From assembly GCA_050287085.1 (NCBI GenBank), contig JBNKBE010000013.1, positions 64,001 to 128,000 on the forward strand: a stretch of 64,000 bases of DNA. The letters run 5' to 3'. This DNA comes from Polyangiaceae bacterium. Lineage in GTDB: Bacteria; Myxococcota_A; Polyangia; Polyangiales; Polyangiaceae. The stretch's first letter is position 1; every line of letters starts with the position of its first letter. This document shows, one piece after another, positions 20,224 to 29,811 of the stretch. The position numbers and the translations under genes were made by a program. The notes under the pieces are model-generated. The model saw only the letters and a program-made list of their open reading frames with translations, searched no databases and was not told the origin of the DNA.

Positions 20224-20880
20224 ATGGAACTTCGTCGTGAGCTGCTTGTGAGCATCGGTGCTCTGGTAGGTCTGAGTCTCGCATTCATCTTCTTCGCCAT
20301 TGGGCTCTTCGTACGCATGGGCCCAGCTATCGAACGCATCCTGCAAGACAACGTCTATTCGATCGTTGCCGCTGAAGAAGTCCTGGCCGAACTGGCCGAG
20401 TCGGGCCCCGGCCCGCTCACGCCGGAGGCAACGGCCCGCGTGCGCGCCTCGCTCGCTCACGCTCAGCAGAACGTGACCGAAAGCGCTGAGCGCCCTGCTC
20501 TTCAGGGGCTCCGCGTGCAACTGGACGCGCTGGCAGCGGGGGCCCCTGGAGCGCGCCAGCAGACCGTTGAAGCGCTGCGCTCGCTCATTCGCGTGAACCG
20601 TGAAGCTATGCAGCGCGTCGACGAGGATGCGCGTCGCATGGGAAACGCAGGCGCGTGGGCCGCGGTGCTCGTGGGCTTCATTTCTTTCCTTTTGAGCCTA
20701 TACGTCTTGGTCCGCTTGCAAACGCGTATGGTGCGTCCGCTCGTCGACCTCTTCGAAGTGCTCGAAGCAGTCCGCGCAGGCAACCGTCTGCGCCGCTGCC
20801 GAAGCGGGCCTGCACCCCGTGAAGTAGAACGAGCCACCCAGGCCGTCAATTGGCTGCTCGATGAGCGGATACAGCGATAA
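20224..20880 (+). CDS. TM-four-helix-bundle-TM-HAMP protein lacking a kinase domain
   Basis: Two TM helices flank an ILQDNVYSIVAAE periplasmic helix. HAMP-like RPLVDL...EVERATQAVN is followed directly by the stop. Confidence 0.7.
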   Translation: MELRRELLVSIGALVGLSLAFIFFAIGLFVRMGPAIERILQDNVYSIVAAEEVLAELAESGPGPLTPEATARVRASLAHAQQNVTESAERPALQGLRVQLDALAAGAPGARQQTVEALRSLIRVNREAMQRVDEDARRMGNAGAWAAVLVGFISFLLSLYVLVRLQTRMVRPLVDLFEVLEAVRAGNRLRRCRSGPAPREVERATQAVNWLLDERIQR

Positions 20881-20891
20881 ACGTCGAGCGA

Positions 20892-21257
20892 CTAGTGGTC
20901 GGCGCCAGGGTGACCCTGCCGCAATTGAACCGTCGGCTCTTCCCACGTGTTGAGTTGGGCCGGCGTGCGCACCCGAACGAGCGTGGAACCGAGCCGCAGG
21001 ACATCGCTTGGAGAGAGGTGGGCACGTCCCTGCAGACGCACCCCGTTCAAGAACGAACCATTGGAGCTGCCGAGATCGCGAACGGTGACTCCGCTCCTGC
21101 CAAAACACACCTCCACGTGCACCCGCGAAATCTGCCGATCGCCGGGGATGGCGACATCAGCGGCACTCCCGCGCCCCAGCGTCATCACGTCCGCCGATGG
21201 CCGAATCTCGTCGTGGCCCACAAGCAGAATGTAGCGTTGTCTCGACAGCTGACCCAT
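20892..21257 (-). CDS. Stand-alone FHA domain protein
   Basis: LGR, ISRVH and DLGSSNGSFLNG FHA motifs. Confidence 0.9.
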   Translation of the reverse strand: MGQLSRQRYILLVGHDEIRPSADVMTLGRGSAADVAIPGDRQISRVHVEVCFGRSGVTVRDLGSSNGSFLNGVRLQGRAHLSPSDVLRLGSTLVRVRTPAQLNTWEEPTVQLRQGHPGADH

Positions 21258-21555
21258 GGTTGTGATCTCGCACTCGATGTCCGACCCTAACGCCTAAAGA
21301 CGAACTCTAGCCACCCTATCGACTCAGACATGAGCAAGATGCGACGCTGGGCCGGCTTTTTGGGTGCCGCTCCTCGTCACAGAGGAGACACCCAAGCGGC
21401 ATGCTCCGCGGTGTTGGACTTCCGGCTCTCGGCCAATCGGGTCCAAAGGGTCGCCATGCCGGACGCTAGAAGGTTGTCGCCGGGTCATTGTGCGCCTAGG
21501 CTCCGCTTCTGCGACGCTCGAACAAAGCGGCTTCACCTACGCCCTCCGGAGAACC

Positions 21556-22023
21556 ATGAACATCGATATCGGCATAGATCCAGATAAGCGAGAGCAGATC
21601 GCCCAAGGGCTTTCCCGTGTGCTCGCTGACACCTACACGCTCTACCTCAAGACGCACAACTTTCACTGGAACGTCACCGGGCCAATGTTTCAAACCCTGC
21701 ATCTCATGTTTGAGACGCACTACACCGAGCTGGCCCTAGCCGTTGATCTGGTCGCTGAACGCATCCGTGCCCTGGGCTTGCCCGCGCCTGGGACGTACAA
21801 GCAGTTCGCGGAGCTGTCGGCGATCGCGGAGGACGACGGTGTTCCGGCCGCAAAGGAAATGATTCGGCTACTCGTGCAAGGACACGAGACGGTCGCGCGC
21901 ACCGCTCGCGAGGTGTTCAAGCTGGCAGAAGGCGTCAGCGATCAGCCGACGTGTGATCTCCTCACGCAGCGAATGCAGGTGCACGAAAAAACGGCCTGGA
22001 TGTTGCGCAGTCTACTCGAGTAG
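21556..22023 (+). CDS. dps: Dps family DNA starvation/stationary phase protection protein
   Basis: KTHNFHWNVTGPMF, LHLMFE, DLVAERIR, HEKTAWML. GGAGA RBS before ATG 21556. Confidence 0.96.
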   Translation: MNIDIGIDPDKREQIAQGLSRVLADTYTLYLKTHNFHWNVTGPMFQTLHLMFETHYTELALAVDLVAERIRALGLPAPGTYKQFAELSAIAEDDGVPAAKEMIRLLVQGHETVARTAREVFKLAEGVSDQPTCDLLTQRMQVHEKTAWMLRSLLE

Positions 22024-23189
22024 TGCGAACCCTTCTCTACGCGTGGCTTCCGGTATCCGTGCTCGGCGGAGCGCACTACTACGCCTACGCGCGGCTGATT
22101 CGTGATCCAGCTTGGCCGGAGCCCCTGCGCCACGCAGCGGTCGCCGCTTTACTCGTGCTCTTCGCTGGGCTGCTAGCGGCAATCACCCTGCGAAACCGGG
22201 TGCGTCTCTCCCGACGCGTCAGCACCGCTCTCGCACGCGCTGGGTACGTTTGGCTCGGGACCTTATTCGTGCTCACGACAAGCCTGGCGCTGGTCGATAC
22301 CTTAGGCGTCGCTCTTCGACTGCTGACGGGACCGATGCTCGACCCTGCAGCGCTCCGGCTGCGTGCCATCGTGGGTGCGGGTTTGGCCGCAACGCTGGTC
22401 GCGATAGCGCTCGCCGGAGGCGCTGGAGTGCCTCCGGTCCGACGCGTTGCCGTCCGCTTGGCGCGCTGGCCCGCCGCCTCCAACGGCTTCAGCATCGTGC
22501 AGCTCTCCGATGTGCATATCGGCTCAAGCCTAAAAGGGGCCTGGCTTGGGCGGGTTGTGGCGCGGGTCAACGAATTGTCGCCGGATCTCATCGTCATCAC
22601 CGGCGACCTCGTGGACGGGTCGGTGGCAGCACTCCGCCACGATGTCGCTCCCCTCGCCTCGTTGCGAGCGAAACACGGCGTGTATTTCGTCACCGGCAAC
22701 CACGAGTTCTACGCGGGAGTCGAGCCGTGGTTGCGGCACCTCACCGAACTCGGCGTGCAGGTTCTCAGCGGCCGATGCGTCCCCATCGGCGCGGGGGACA
22801 GCGCCTTCGATCTCGTGGGCATTCACGATCCTTCGTCCCGCTACTATGGCTCCCACTACGCCACGGATCTGGCGGCGCTCCTGGCCCAACGGGTCCCGTC
22901 ACGCGCTGTAATCGCTCTCGCTCACCAGCCGGCTTCAGCTCCCGAGCTGGCCGCGGCAGGCGTCGACCTACAGATTTCGGGGCACACTCATGGCGGTCAG
23001 ATCTGGCCGTTTTCCTGGCTCGTGCGCCTGAATCAACCCTACGTCGCCGGCCTGCACCGCCACGGGGACCAGATGCAGATCTACGTCAGCCGAGGCACCG
23101 GCTATTGGGGCCCCCCCATGCGGCTCCTGGCGCCGGCCGAAATCACCCAGCTGGTGCTCTCAAGGAACACCACGACGCAGAACGCGTAG
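22023..23189 (+). CDS. Membrane-anchored metallophosphoesterase (YkuE-like)
   Basis: DVH, GDLVD, GNHE, AHQP, SGHTHGGQ and SRGTG motifs with N-terminal TMs. GTG overlaps the dps stop. Confidence 0.93.
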   Translation: MRTLLYAWLPVSVLGGAHYYAYARLIRDPAWPEPLRHAAVAALLVLFAGLLAAITLRNRVRLSRRVSTALARAGYVWLGTLFVLTTSLALVDTLGVALRLLTGPMLDPAALRLRAIVGAGLAATLVAIALAGGAGVPPVRRVAVRLARWPAASNGFSIVQLSDVHIGSSLKGAWLGRVVARVNELSPDLIVITGDLVDGSVAALRHDVAPLASLRAKHGVYFVTGNHEFYAGVEPWLRHLTELGVQVLSGRCVPIGAGDSAFDLVGIHDPSSRYYGSHYATDLAALLAQRVPSRAVIALAHQPASAPELAAAGVDLQISGHTHGGQIWPFSWLVRLNQPYVAGLHRHGDQMQIYVSRGTGYWGPPMRLLAPAEITQLVLSRNTTTQNA

Positions 23190-23205
23190 GGCCTGCGCCC
23201 CCGCG

Positions 23206-23634
23206 TCATCCAGTGGTCAACATCCGCTCGAGACAGGTTACCATCGCTGCGTTGTCGTCCGCATGATGGTGGACAATCTTCCACTGACCATCGAGTTTGC
23301 AGACGACGTTTGTGCATGGGATCTGGCCACTCCCCCAGGCCTCCGAAGCGTGAAAGGTGCAGCCACCAAAGGCCATTTCGCCGCGGACTACGACGTGGAG
23401 GTCACGCACAGACGAGCCGGCGCGATCGGCCCGCCCAAAGGGTTCAACGACCCGCCAGGTCGTCCACACCTGTTCCCAACCGATGGCCCAGCCGCTGATC
23501 GGGTGCTTCGTCGTGACCCAATCGGTGTGGTGCCAGGCGTCAGCCATCGCCCCAAGCCCCGCCCCACTCACCACGCTTTCGATCGCCTGGTACATGTTCT
23601 CTATCGCCTTGCGCGCCAGTTGCTCCTCATCCAT
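23206..23634 (-). CDS. SnoaL/NTF2-like protein (module copy 1)
   Basis: AWHHTD, HP..GW, and CTNV...GQWKIVHHH SnoaL_3-type ending. Confidence 0.85.
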   Translation of the reverse strand: MDEEQLARKAIENMYQAIESVVSGAGLGAMADAWHHTDWVTTKHPISGWAIGWEQVWTTWRVVEPFGRADRAGSSVRDLHVVVRGEMAFGGCTFHASEAWGSGQIPCTNVVCKLDGQWKIVHHHADDNAAMVTCLERMLTTG

Positions 23635-23645
23635 CTGTTCGCTCC

Positions 23646-24005
23646 CTATCCTCCGGTTCCTTGCATGAACTTCACGACTTGACCCATCCGACTCTCGTTT
23701 GCGAGTCGCAGCAGCTGCAACTTGGTCAACGGACTCGAGGTCGCAATCTCAACGTATGGGATCCCTGCCGCTCTCAGCGCCTGAAACAGATCGGAGAAGG
23801 CGACCTGCCCCTCATCGCGCATGGGTTTGAGTCCAGAAAGATCGAGGCATAACTTGCCCTTGTCGCGTGTCGCCTGAACCACTTTGGGAACCTCGCGCCC
23901 GAAGGCCAGGGCCACGTCGACGGACCAGAACCCGCGTCCCACAACACGCACGTTGTGGCCACTGATCAGGACTTCGTAGTCTCCGAGTACATTATCACCC
24001 GTCAT
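23646..24005 (-). CDS. STAS/SpoIIAA-like hypothetical protein (module copy 1)
   Basis: GFW, LDLSGLKPMRDEGQ and KLQLLR are conserved with the paralog at 34537. Start at 24005 or 24047. The fold call is inference. Confidence 0.75.
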   Translation of the reverse strand: MTGDNVLGDYEVLISGHNVRVVGRGFWSVDVALAFGREVPKVVQATRDKGKLCLDLSGLKPMRDEGQVAFSDLFQALRAAGIPYVEIATSSPLTKLQLLRLANESRMGQVVKFMQGTGG

Positions 24006-24434
24006 CGGACTGCCATTCCCCAGGCGTTGTTCAAACGGGACCATCACTCCAAGACTCGACGCACCACAGATTTGATGCCCTCAACAAAGGGCCCACGAAG
24101 AGAATACGGCCTCGGCCTGGAACCCTGCAGGGTCAAACGAAACATGCGCGCCTTATGGCGAGACCTGCCCGCCGCGGCACCCATGCGGGAATGACTTCGT
24201 CATAGATCGGGCTGGATCTGCAGGCCATGTCGCATTGGCGCGGAGCCCCGAGCGCAACAGCGGGGTGTCTGATCGGAACAGCCCCGAGGGACGGACCCGC
24301 TGCCTAGCCGGGCCCCGGCTATCAGAGGAGCGTCAAGCATGCTCGCATTCCGTTCGCAGCGGCGCGGACTCTACCTCTTCGGGTCGGCGATCATCCCCTT
24401 GCGGAAGTCCGCTCCCGAGTTCATTATTGGACGA

Positions 24435-25442
24435 ATGGTAAATAACTGGTTCGCCACACGTGCGGGAAAGGTGCTGGGCGCGCTTTGTGGCAGCCTTGCC
24501 CTGGTGGCAGGCTGCCGGTCCAGCCCCAGCGTTCCCCCCGGCTATCAAGGCGTGGTCGAGTTCGAATCGCGGCGCCTCGGGTTTGAATTCGCCGGCAGAC
24601 TCGAATCCCTTTCGGTCCATGAGGGAGAATGGGTGTCGGTCGGCGCGCCGCTGGCCCGCCTGGACAATTCGCTCCTGAAAGCCGAGAAGCCGGTGCGCGA
24701 GTCCGAAGCTGCCGCCGCCGACCAAGCCGTGTTGGTGGTCAAAACGCGCACTCGCCCGGAAGCAGTTCGTGCAGCAGATGCTCGCCTGCGCGCAGCTCGC
24801 GTGGCTGAAGACGAGCTCCGGCGCGATCTCCAACGAGAGCGAGAATTGCTCCTCGGCGGAGCCACTCCGGAAGCCCAAGTCGATTCGCTCGAAAGTCAGC
24901 TAAGCCGCGCCGAGGCTGAGCGACAAGCGCTGGCACATCAACTCAAACTTCTTCGGCAAGGCGCAACGACCGCCGAGATCGCGCAAGGCGAGGCACGTGC
25001 GGCAGCCGTACATGCCGCCCTGGACGCCCTCGAGACACGCCTTCACCACCACCAACTGAGCGCACCGATCGCAGGACAGGTACTCGACGTATACGCCGAG
25101 CCGGGTGAAGTCGTCGCGGCCGGGGCGCCTGTGCTCACGCTCGCAGACATCGCCCATCCCTACGCCGACGTATTTGTTCCCGCTCAGCAAATTACGGCAG
25201 TTGTCGTTGGCGCTGAGGTCCGCGTCCGAGTCGACGGTCTGCCGGCCCCCCTGAGTGGAACGGTTGAGAACATATCCCAAACGACGGAGTTCACTCCGCG
25301 CTATCTCTTCAGCGAAGATGAACGACCCAACCTAGTGGTGCGCACGCGGATCCGCATCGATGACCCCGAACACAAGCTGCGAGCGGGCCTACCTGCCTTC
25401 GTCGAACTGGCCCTAGCTCCGTCGGGCGCGGTCAAGCCATGA
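24435..25442 (+). CDS. HlyD family secretion/efflux adaptor (YbhG-like)
   Basis: Lipobox VAGC, coiled-coil hairpin, LSAPIAGQV, EFTPR, LRAGLPA. Confidence 0.9.
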   Translation: MVNNWFATRAGKVLGALCGSLALVAGCRSSPSVPPGYQGVVEFESRRLGFEFAGRLESLSVHEGEWVSVGAPLARLDNSLLKAEKPVRESEAAAADQAVLVVKTRTRPEAVRAADARLRAARVAEDELRRDLQRERELLLGGATPEAQVDSLESQLSRAEAERQALAHQLKLLRQGATTAEIAQGEARAAAVHAALDALETRLHHHQLSAPIAGQVLDVYAEPGEVVAAGAPVLTLADIAHPYADVFVPAQQITAVVVGAEVRVRVDGLPAPLSGTVENISQTTEFTPRYLFSEDERPNLVVRTRIRIDDPEHKLRAGLPAFVELALAPSGAVKP

Positions 25443-26374
25443 GCGTGATCATTAGCGCCCAACATCTGCGACGTGAGTTCGGGTCGCTCGTAGCTGTCAA
25501 AGACGTGAGTCTCGAAGTGCATCGAGGAGAGATCTTCGGCGTGCTGGGCCCGAACGGGGCTGGCAAGTCCACGACGATCCGGATGTTGTGCGGCATCCTC
25601 ACACCCTCGGCAGGCCATGGCTCGGTAGTGGGCTTCGATATCGTCAAGCAGTCGGAAAGCATCAAGCAGAACATTGGCTATATGACGCAACGTTTCAGTC
25701 TCTACGAAGACCTGACAGTTGCTGAAAATCTGGAGTTCTACGCGGGAATCTACGGGCTGGGCGGGCGCAAGCGAAAGCAACGCATCGCCGAAGTCCTGGC
25801 ACAAGCGGGGCTTGAAGCACGCCGCTCGCAGCTGGCTGGCACGCTTTCAGGTGGCTGGAAGCAGCGGGTCGCCCTTGCCAGCGCCACTATCCACCAGCCG
25901 CAGCTCCTATTCTTGGACGAACCAACCGCGGGCGTCGATCCGGTCAGTCGTCGCGAGTTCTGGGAACACATTCACGAACTCGCCGACGAGGGGACCACAG
26001 TGCTCGTCACCACGCACTATATGGACGAGGCTGAGCGCTGCCATCGCCTGGCATTCATTTTCCATGGCGAGCTCCTCGACAGCGGAACTCCCGACGAAGT
26101 CGTTTCGCGACGAGCACTGAGCGCTGCCGAGCTGCGCGTCCGCGACTCCCAACGTGCGGCTGAGCTCCTCTCAGCTGACGCGCGTGTGGAAGAAGTGGCG
26201 CACTTTGGACACGTCCTTCGTGTATGCACCAAACAAGGCTCCGATGCAGAAGCCGTGAGCCGCAACGTGCTCGCATCGGAAAACGTGGCCATCGAGACGC
26301 TGTCACGTGTGCGTGCGACCGTCGAGGACGCGTTCGTTGCAATGGTCCGAGCCGATGCCAAACGCGTTGCTTAG
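25439..26374 (+). CDS. ABC transporter ATP-binding protein (YbhF-like, single NBD)
   Basis: GPNGAGKS, LSGGWKQR, LDEPTAGVDP, TTHYMDEAE. Confidence 0.95.
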   Translation: MSVIISAQHLRREFGSLVAVKDVSLEVHRGEIFGVLGPNGAGKSTTIRMLCGILTPSAGHGSVVGFDIVKQSESIKQNIGYMTQRFSLYEDLTVAENLEFYAGIYGLGGRKRKQRIAEVLAQAGLEARRSQLAGTLSGGWKQRVALASATIHQPQLLFLDEPTAGVDPVSRREFWEHIHELADEGTTVLVTTHYMDEAERCHRLAFIFHGELLDSGTPDEVVSRRALSAAELRVRDSQRAAELLSADARVEEVAHFGHVLRVCTKQGSDAEAVSRNVLASENVAIETLSRVRATVEDAFVAMVRADAKRVA

Positions 26375-26454
26375 GGGCCGCACGGCGACGACCCAGCACG
26401 CCACAGCGAGAGGAGCGGCCGGCTTAGTATGACTTTCCATCCGTGGACCCTTAG
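26371..26454 (+). mobile_element. MITE-like dispersed repeat, copy A
   Basis: 76 bp flanked by TTAG direct repeats (26371-74 and 26451-54), with imperfect terminal inverted repeats GGGCCGCACGG / CCGTGGACCC. Core AGAGGAGCGGCCGGC is shared with copies B and C. Confidence 0.7.
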
Positions 26455-26469
26455 ATTGGAGAGCCGAGC

Positions 26470-27588
26470 ATGTTGACTCGAGCCCTTGCGTTGGCGCTCA
26501 AAGAGCTTCGCCAACTACGTCGCGATCGCCTGACGCTCGCGATGACAATCGTGCTGCCACTCATGCAACTGTTGCTATTTGGCTACGCCATCAACACCGA
26601 TGTGCGGCACATCCAGACTCTGATATTTGACCAGGACGGCAGCGCGCTTGGACGAGACTTCTACCGCCGCATGGAAGCGACCGGTACCTATGATATCGTA
26701 GGGGTGGCGACGCGCTACGAGGACATCGAGCGCAGCTTTCGCGAAGGGACGGCCCGTGTTGCCCTGGTCATTCCACGCGGCTTCTCGAAGGCCGTCGGCA
26801 AGGGGGGTCGGGGTCAGCTGCAACTCGTGGTGGACGGCTCTGACCCATTGGTCGTGGGCGCAGCGACCAACGCTTCGTCGGGCTTGTCCATCAGTCGAAG
26901 TGCAGAGCTGCGCCGTGAGCTATTAGTGCCGGTGCCGAGCAGCCCGAGCATTAGCGTTGAGCCAGCGATCTGGTTCAATCCTGACCTGCGCACCGCTGTA
27001 TATGTGGTCCCAGGTCTGATAGGCGTCATCTTGACAATGACAATGGTCATGCTGACGTCCATGGCCATTGCCCGAGAACGGGAGCGCGGCACCTTGGAGC
27101 AGCTGATCGTTTCTCCAGTTCGCCGCGTGGAGCTCGTGCTCGGCAAGATTCTGCCCTACGTACTCATCGGCTATGCGCAGATGACCATCGTGTTGGCTGC
27201 TGGGCGTCTCATCTTCGGTGTCCCCCTGCGCGGCAGTGCACCCCTCCTATATGCCCTGGCGTTCGTCTTTATCGCAGCCAACCTGGCCCTGGGCCTGGTG
27301 TTTTCGACCATCGCCAAGTCTCAACAGCAAGCGATGCAGATGTCGTTCTTCTTCTTGCTGCCCAATATCCTGCTGAGCGGATTCATGTTTCCGTTCGAGG
27401 CAATGCCGCGCCCCGCCCAGTGGCTAGCACAAGCGCTGCCCCTGACCCATTTCATGCGCATCGTGCGCGGCATCGCACTCAAAGGCAGCGCCTTTGGAGA
27501 TGTTTCCGTGGAATTGTATTGGCTGCTCGGGCTCCTCGGCGCGCTCCTGCTGCTATCCTCCCTGCGTGTCAGCAAGAGGCTTGCCTAG
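26470..27588 (+). CDS. ABC-2 type transporter permease (YbhR/S-like)
   Basis: KELRQLRRD, LFGYAIN, AIARERERGTLEQL, LLSGFMFP, PLTHF. Confidence 0.95.
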   Translation: MLTRALALALKELRQLRRDRLTLAMTIVLPLMQLLLFGYAINTDVRHIQTLIFDQDGSALGRDFYRRMEATGTYDIVGVATRYEDIERSFREGTARVALVIPRGFSKAVGKGGRGQLQLVVDGSDPLVVGAATNASSGLSISRSAELRRELLVPVPSSPSISVEPAIWFNPDLRTAVYVVPGLIGVILTMTMVMLTSMAIARERERGTLEQLIVSPVRRVELVLGKILPYVLIGYAQMTIVLAAGRLIFGVPLRGSAPLLYALAFVFIAANLALGLVFSTIAKSQQQAMQMSFFFLLPNILLSGFMFPFEAMPRPAQWLAQALPLTHFMRIVRGIALKGSAFGDVSVELYWLLGLLGALLLLSSLRVSKRLA

Positions 27589-28220
27589 TGGCACGGCCGC
27601 GCAGCGACATTCAACCCCGCATTCTCCAAGCGGCGCGCCATAGGTTTGGGGAAGTGGGTGTCGACGCCGCCTCCTTGCGCAGCGTCGCAAAAGCAGCCGG
27701 TACGAGCGTCGGCATGGTCTACTACTACTATCCCACGAAGGACGACCTGTTCCTCGCTGTAGTGGAAGACGTCTATTCAAGGCTCCTCGGAGATCTGACG
27801 AGGGCTATCGAAGCGCGTGCGCCATTCAAGCAGCGCGTGAACGCTCTCTACCGGCGGCTGGGGTCGCTCGTGGGAGACGAACCACTGGTGGTGAGGCTGG
27901 TCATGGTGGAAGCCGTCGTTCAATCTGATCGATTCAAGAAGCTCGTCGAGAGCTTCGAACGCGGCCACGTCGCTCTAGTCCAGCGCCTCGTGGGCGAAGG
28001 AATCGCACTGGGGCTACTGCGGAGAGATCTGCACCTCGTCACTCTCATGAGCAGCGTCGTGGCGCTTGGCACGCTGCCCCAACTCTTTGTGCAGATGGGG
28101 CTGCGATACTTGCCCACGCTTCCGAAACCCGCTCAAGAAGACTTCGTCGCGGAGCTCACGGACGTGCTATTAAGCGGGATTGGCAATCCCACAAACGGAA
28201 GCAACGGCCCGTGCACCTAG
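27588..28220 (+). CDS. TetR/AcrR family transcriptional regulator
   Basis: MARPR...RILQAA...G...SLRSVAKAAGTSVGMVYYYYPTKDDL HTH. GTG at 27588 overlaps the permease stop. Confidence 0.93.
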   Translation: MARPRSDIQPRILQAARHRFGEVGVDAASLRSVAKAAGTSVGMVYYYYPTKDDLFLAVVEDVYSRLLGDLTRAIEARAPFKQRVNALYRRLGSLVGDEPLVVRLVMVEAVVQSDRFKKLVESFERGHVALVQRLVGEGIALGLLRRDLHLVTLMSSVVALGTLPQLFVQMGLRYLPTLPKPAQEDFVAELTDVLLSGIGNPTNGSNGPCT

Positions 28221-29662
28221 GATTTGACAACACCTTCGCCCGAGACATGGCTGGCTACTACATGGCGGTCGCGCCCGCCGGGTTCGAGGAGCCGAAGCTG
28301 CTACTATTCAACGCTCCGCTCGCCCAGGAGCTCCAATTGCCTGACCTGCCGCCGACCACCTGGGCTCGAATCACGACCGGTAGTCAAATACCCGAGGATG
28401 CGACGCCCCTCGCCCAGGTATACGCCGGGCATCAATTCGGCGGCTACAGCCCGCAGCTCGGAGACGGCAGGGCGCTGCTTCTGGGTGAATTACTAACGGT
28501 GCATGGAAGCCGCGTGGACTTTCAACTGAAAGGTGCTGGCCCCACCCCGTTTTCGCGGGGCGGAGACGGCTTCGCCGCGCTCGGTCCAGTTCTGCGCGAG
28601 TACCTGGTGTCCGAGGCAATGCATCATCTCGGGGTGGCAACCACGCGGATGCTCGCGGTCGCTCTGACCGGACAATACGTCTACCGCGATGTTCCACCGC
28701 CCGGCGGCCGCTTCAGGGGTGGTACGCTCGCTCGTATCGCCGCCAGTCATCTACGAATAGGCACCGTCGAATTTTTTGCGGCCCGCGGGGATCGAGAAAG
28801 AGTCGAGCAGCTCGTGAGCTATGTGCTGCAGCGCCACTACCCTGAACTCACCACCAGCCCCAACCCGGCGGGCGCCCTCCTTGACAAGGTAGCCGAGCGC
28901 CAGGCCTCCCTCATCGCACAATGGATGTCTGTGGGCTTTGTTCACGGGGTCATGAACACGGACAATGTTTCGCTTTGCGGAGAAACCCTGGACTACGGCC
29001 CCTGCGCCTTCTTGGACACGTATGATCCGCACGCAGTATTCAGCTCTATCGACCGCGGTGGGCGCTACGCCTTCGGCCAGCAGCCGAGAATCGGAGCGTG
29101 GAATCTTGCTCGTTTGGGAGAAGCATTATTGCCGCTACTTGCCGCAGATGAGCGCGTTGCGCTTGCGCAGATACAGGACACTCTCAAGAGCTACGAACAA
29201 CGCGTCAACGAGGCAATGGTTGTCCAATTTCGCTCCAAGCTAGGACTTCGAGATGCTCGCGAAGGCGACGAGGAATTGATCTCGGATCTGCTGACCTGGA
29301 TGGCACAAGCCAGCGCCGACTTCACCCTGACCTTTCGGAGCTTGGCGACATCACTCCGAAATGGAACGCAGCCGTTCCAAGATGCCGCGTTCTCGGAATG
29401 GTTCGGGCGCTATCTTGAACGGCTAGGCGCTGAGCCCCGCGCCGCCGTGGCGGCCCGCATGGATGCCATCAATCCACTCTACATTCCACGCAATCACCTG
29501 GTCGAAGCGGCGCTGACCGAAGCCTATGAGGACAACCTCGCTCCCTTGAAAGAACTGCTCACCGTGCTGGCCTCGCCCTACGAGGCGCAGGACAAATACA
29601 AGCGCTTCGCGGAGCCCCCCGCGGCAGACGCTGCACCGCACAGGACCTATTGTGGCACCTAG
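28211..29662 (+). CDS. selO: Protein adenylyltransferase SelO (YdiU)
   Basis: YAGHQFG, LGDGRA, QLKGAGPTPFSR, GFVHGVMNTDN, DYGP, and C-terminal TYCGT. Confidence 0.95.
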   Translation: MHLGFDNTFARDMAGYYMAVAPAGFEEPKLLLFNAPLAQELQLPDLPPTTWARITTGSQIPEDATPLAQVYAGHQFGGYSPQLGDGRALLLGELLTVHGSRVDFQLKGAGPTPFSRGGDGFAALGPVLREYLVSEAMHHLGVATTRMLAVALTGQYVYRDVPPPGGRFRGGTLARIAASHLRIGTVEFFAARGDRERVEQLVSYVLQRHYPELTTSPNPAGALLDKVAERQASLIAQWMSVGFVHGVMNTDNVSLCGETLDYGPCAFLDTYDPHAVFSSIDRGGRYAFGQQPRIGAWNLARLGEALLPLLAADERVALAQIQDTLKSYEQRVNEAMVVQFRSKLGLRDAREGDEELISDLLTWMAQASADFTLTFRSLATSLRNGTQPFQDAAFSEWFGRYLERLGAEPRAAVAARMDAINPLYIPRNHLVEAALTEAYEDNLAPLKELLTVLASPYEAQDKYKRFAEPPAADAAPHRTYCGT

Positions 29663-29741
29663 GGGCCCGCGGACAGGAAAGTCATATTACGCCGGCCGCT
29701 CCTCTTGCTGCAGCGGGCGGGTTCGTCGCGGCCCGCCCTAA
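29659..29741 (-). mobile_element. MITE-like dispersed repeat, copy C (inverted)
   Basis: Reverse complement reads TTAG-GGCGGGCCGCGACGAACCC...CAGCAAGAGGAGCGGCCGGCGTAATATGACTTTCCTGTCCGCGGGCCC-CTAG. Its CTAG contains the selO stop. Confidence 0.7.
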
Positions 29742-29811
29742 GCAGGTACTTTCCGCGCCGGCAACACTCTTGCCGGATGAGACTCCCCCACGCCTTCAAA
29801 CGGAGAATTCA

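Noticed and set aside
22112..23266. 384-aa alternative-frame ORF over the metallophosphoesterase
   Set aside because: Arg/Pro/Ala-rich shadow typical of high-GC coding DNA, with no motifs.
24191..24321. Palindromes ATGAC-TTC-GTCAT and TAGCCGGG-C-CCCGGCTA as TetR operators
   Set aside because: Short or GC-rich palindromes are common by chance, and no second matching copy was found.
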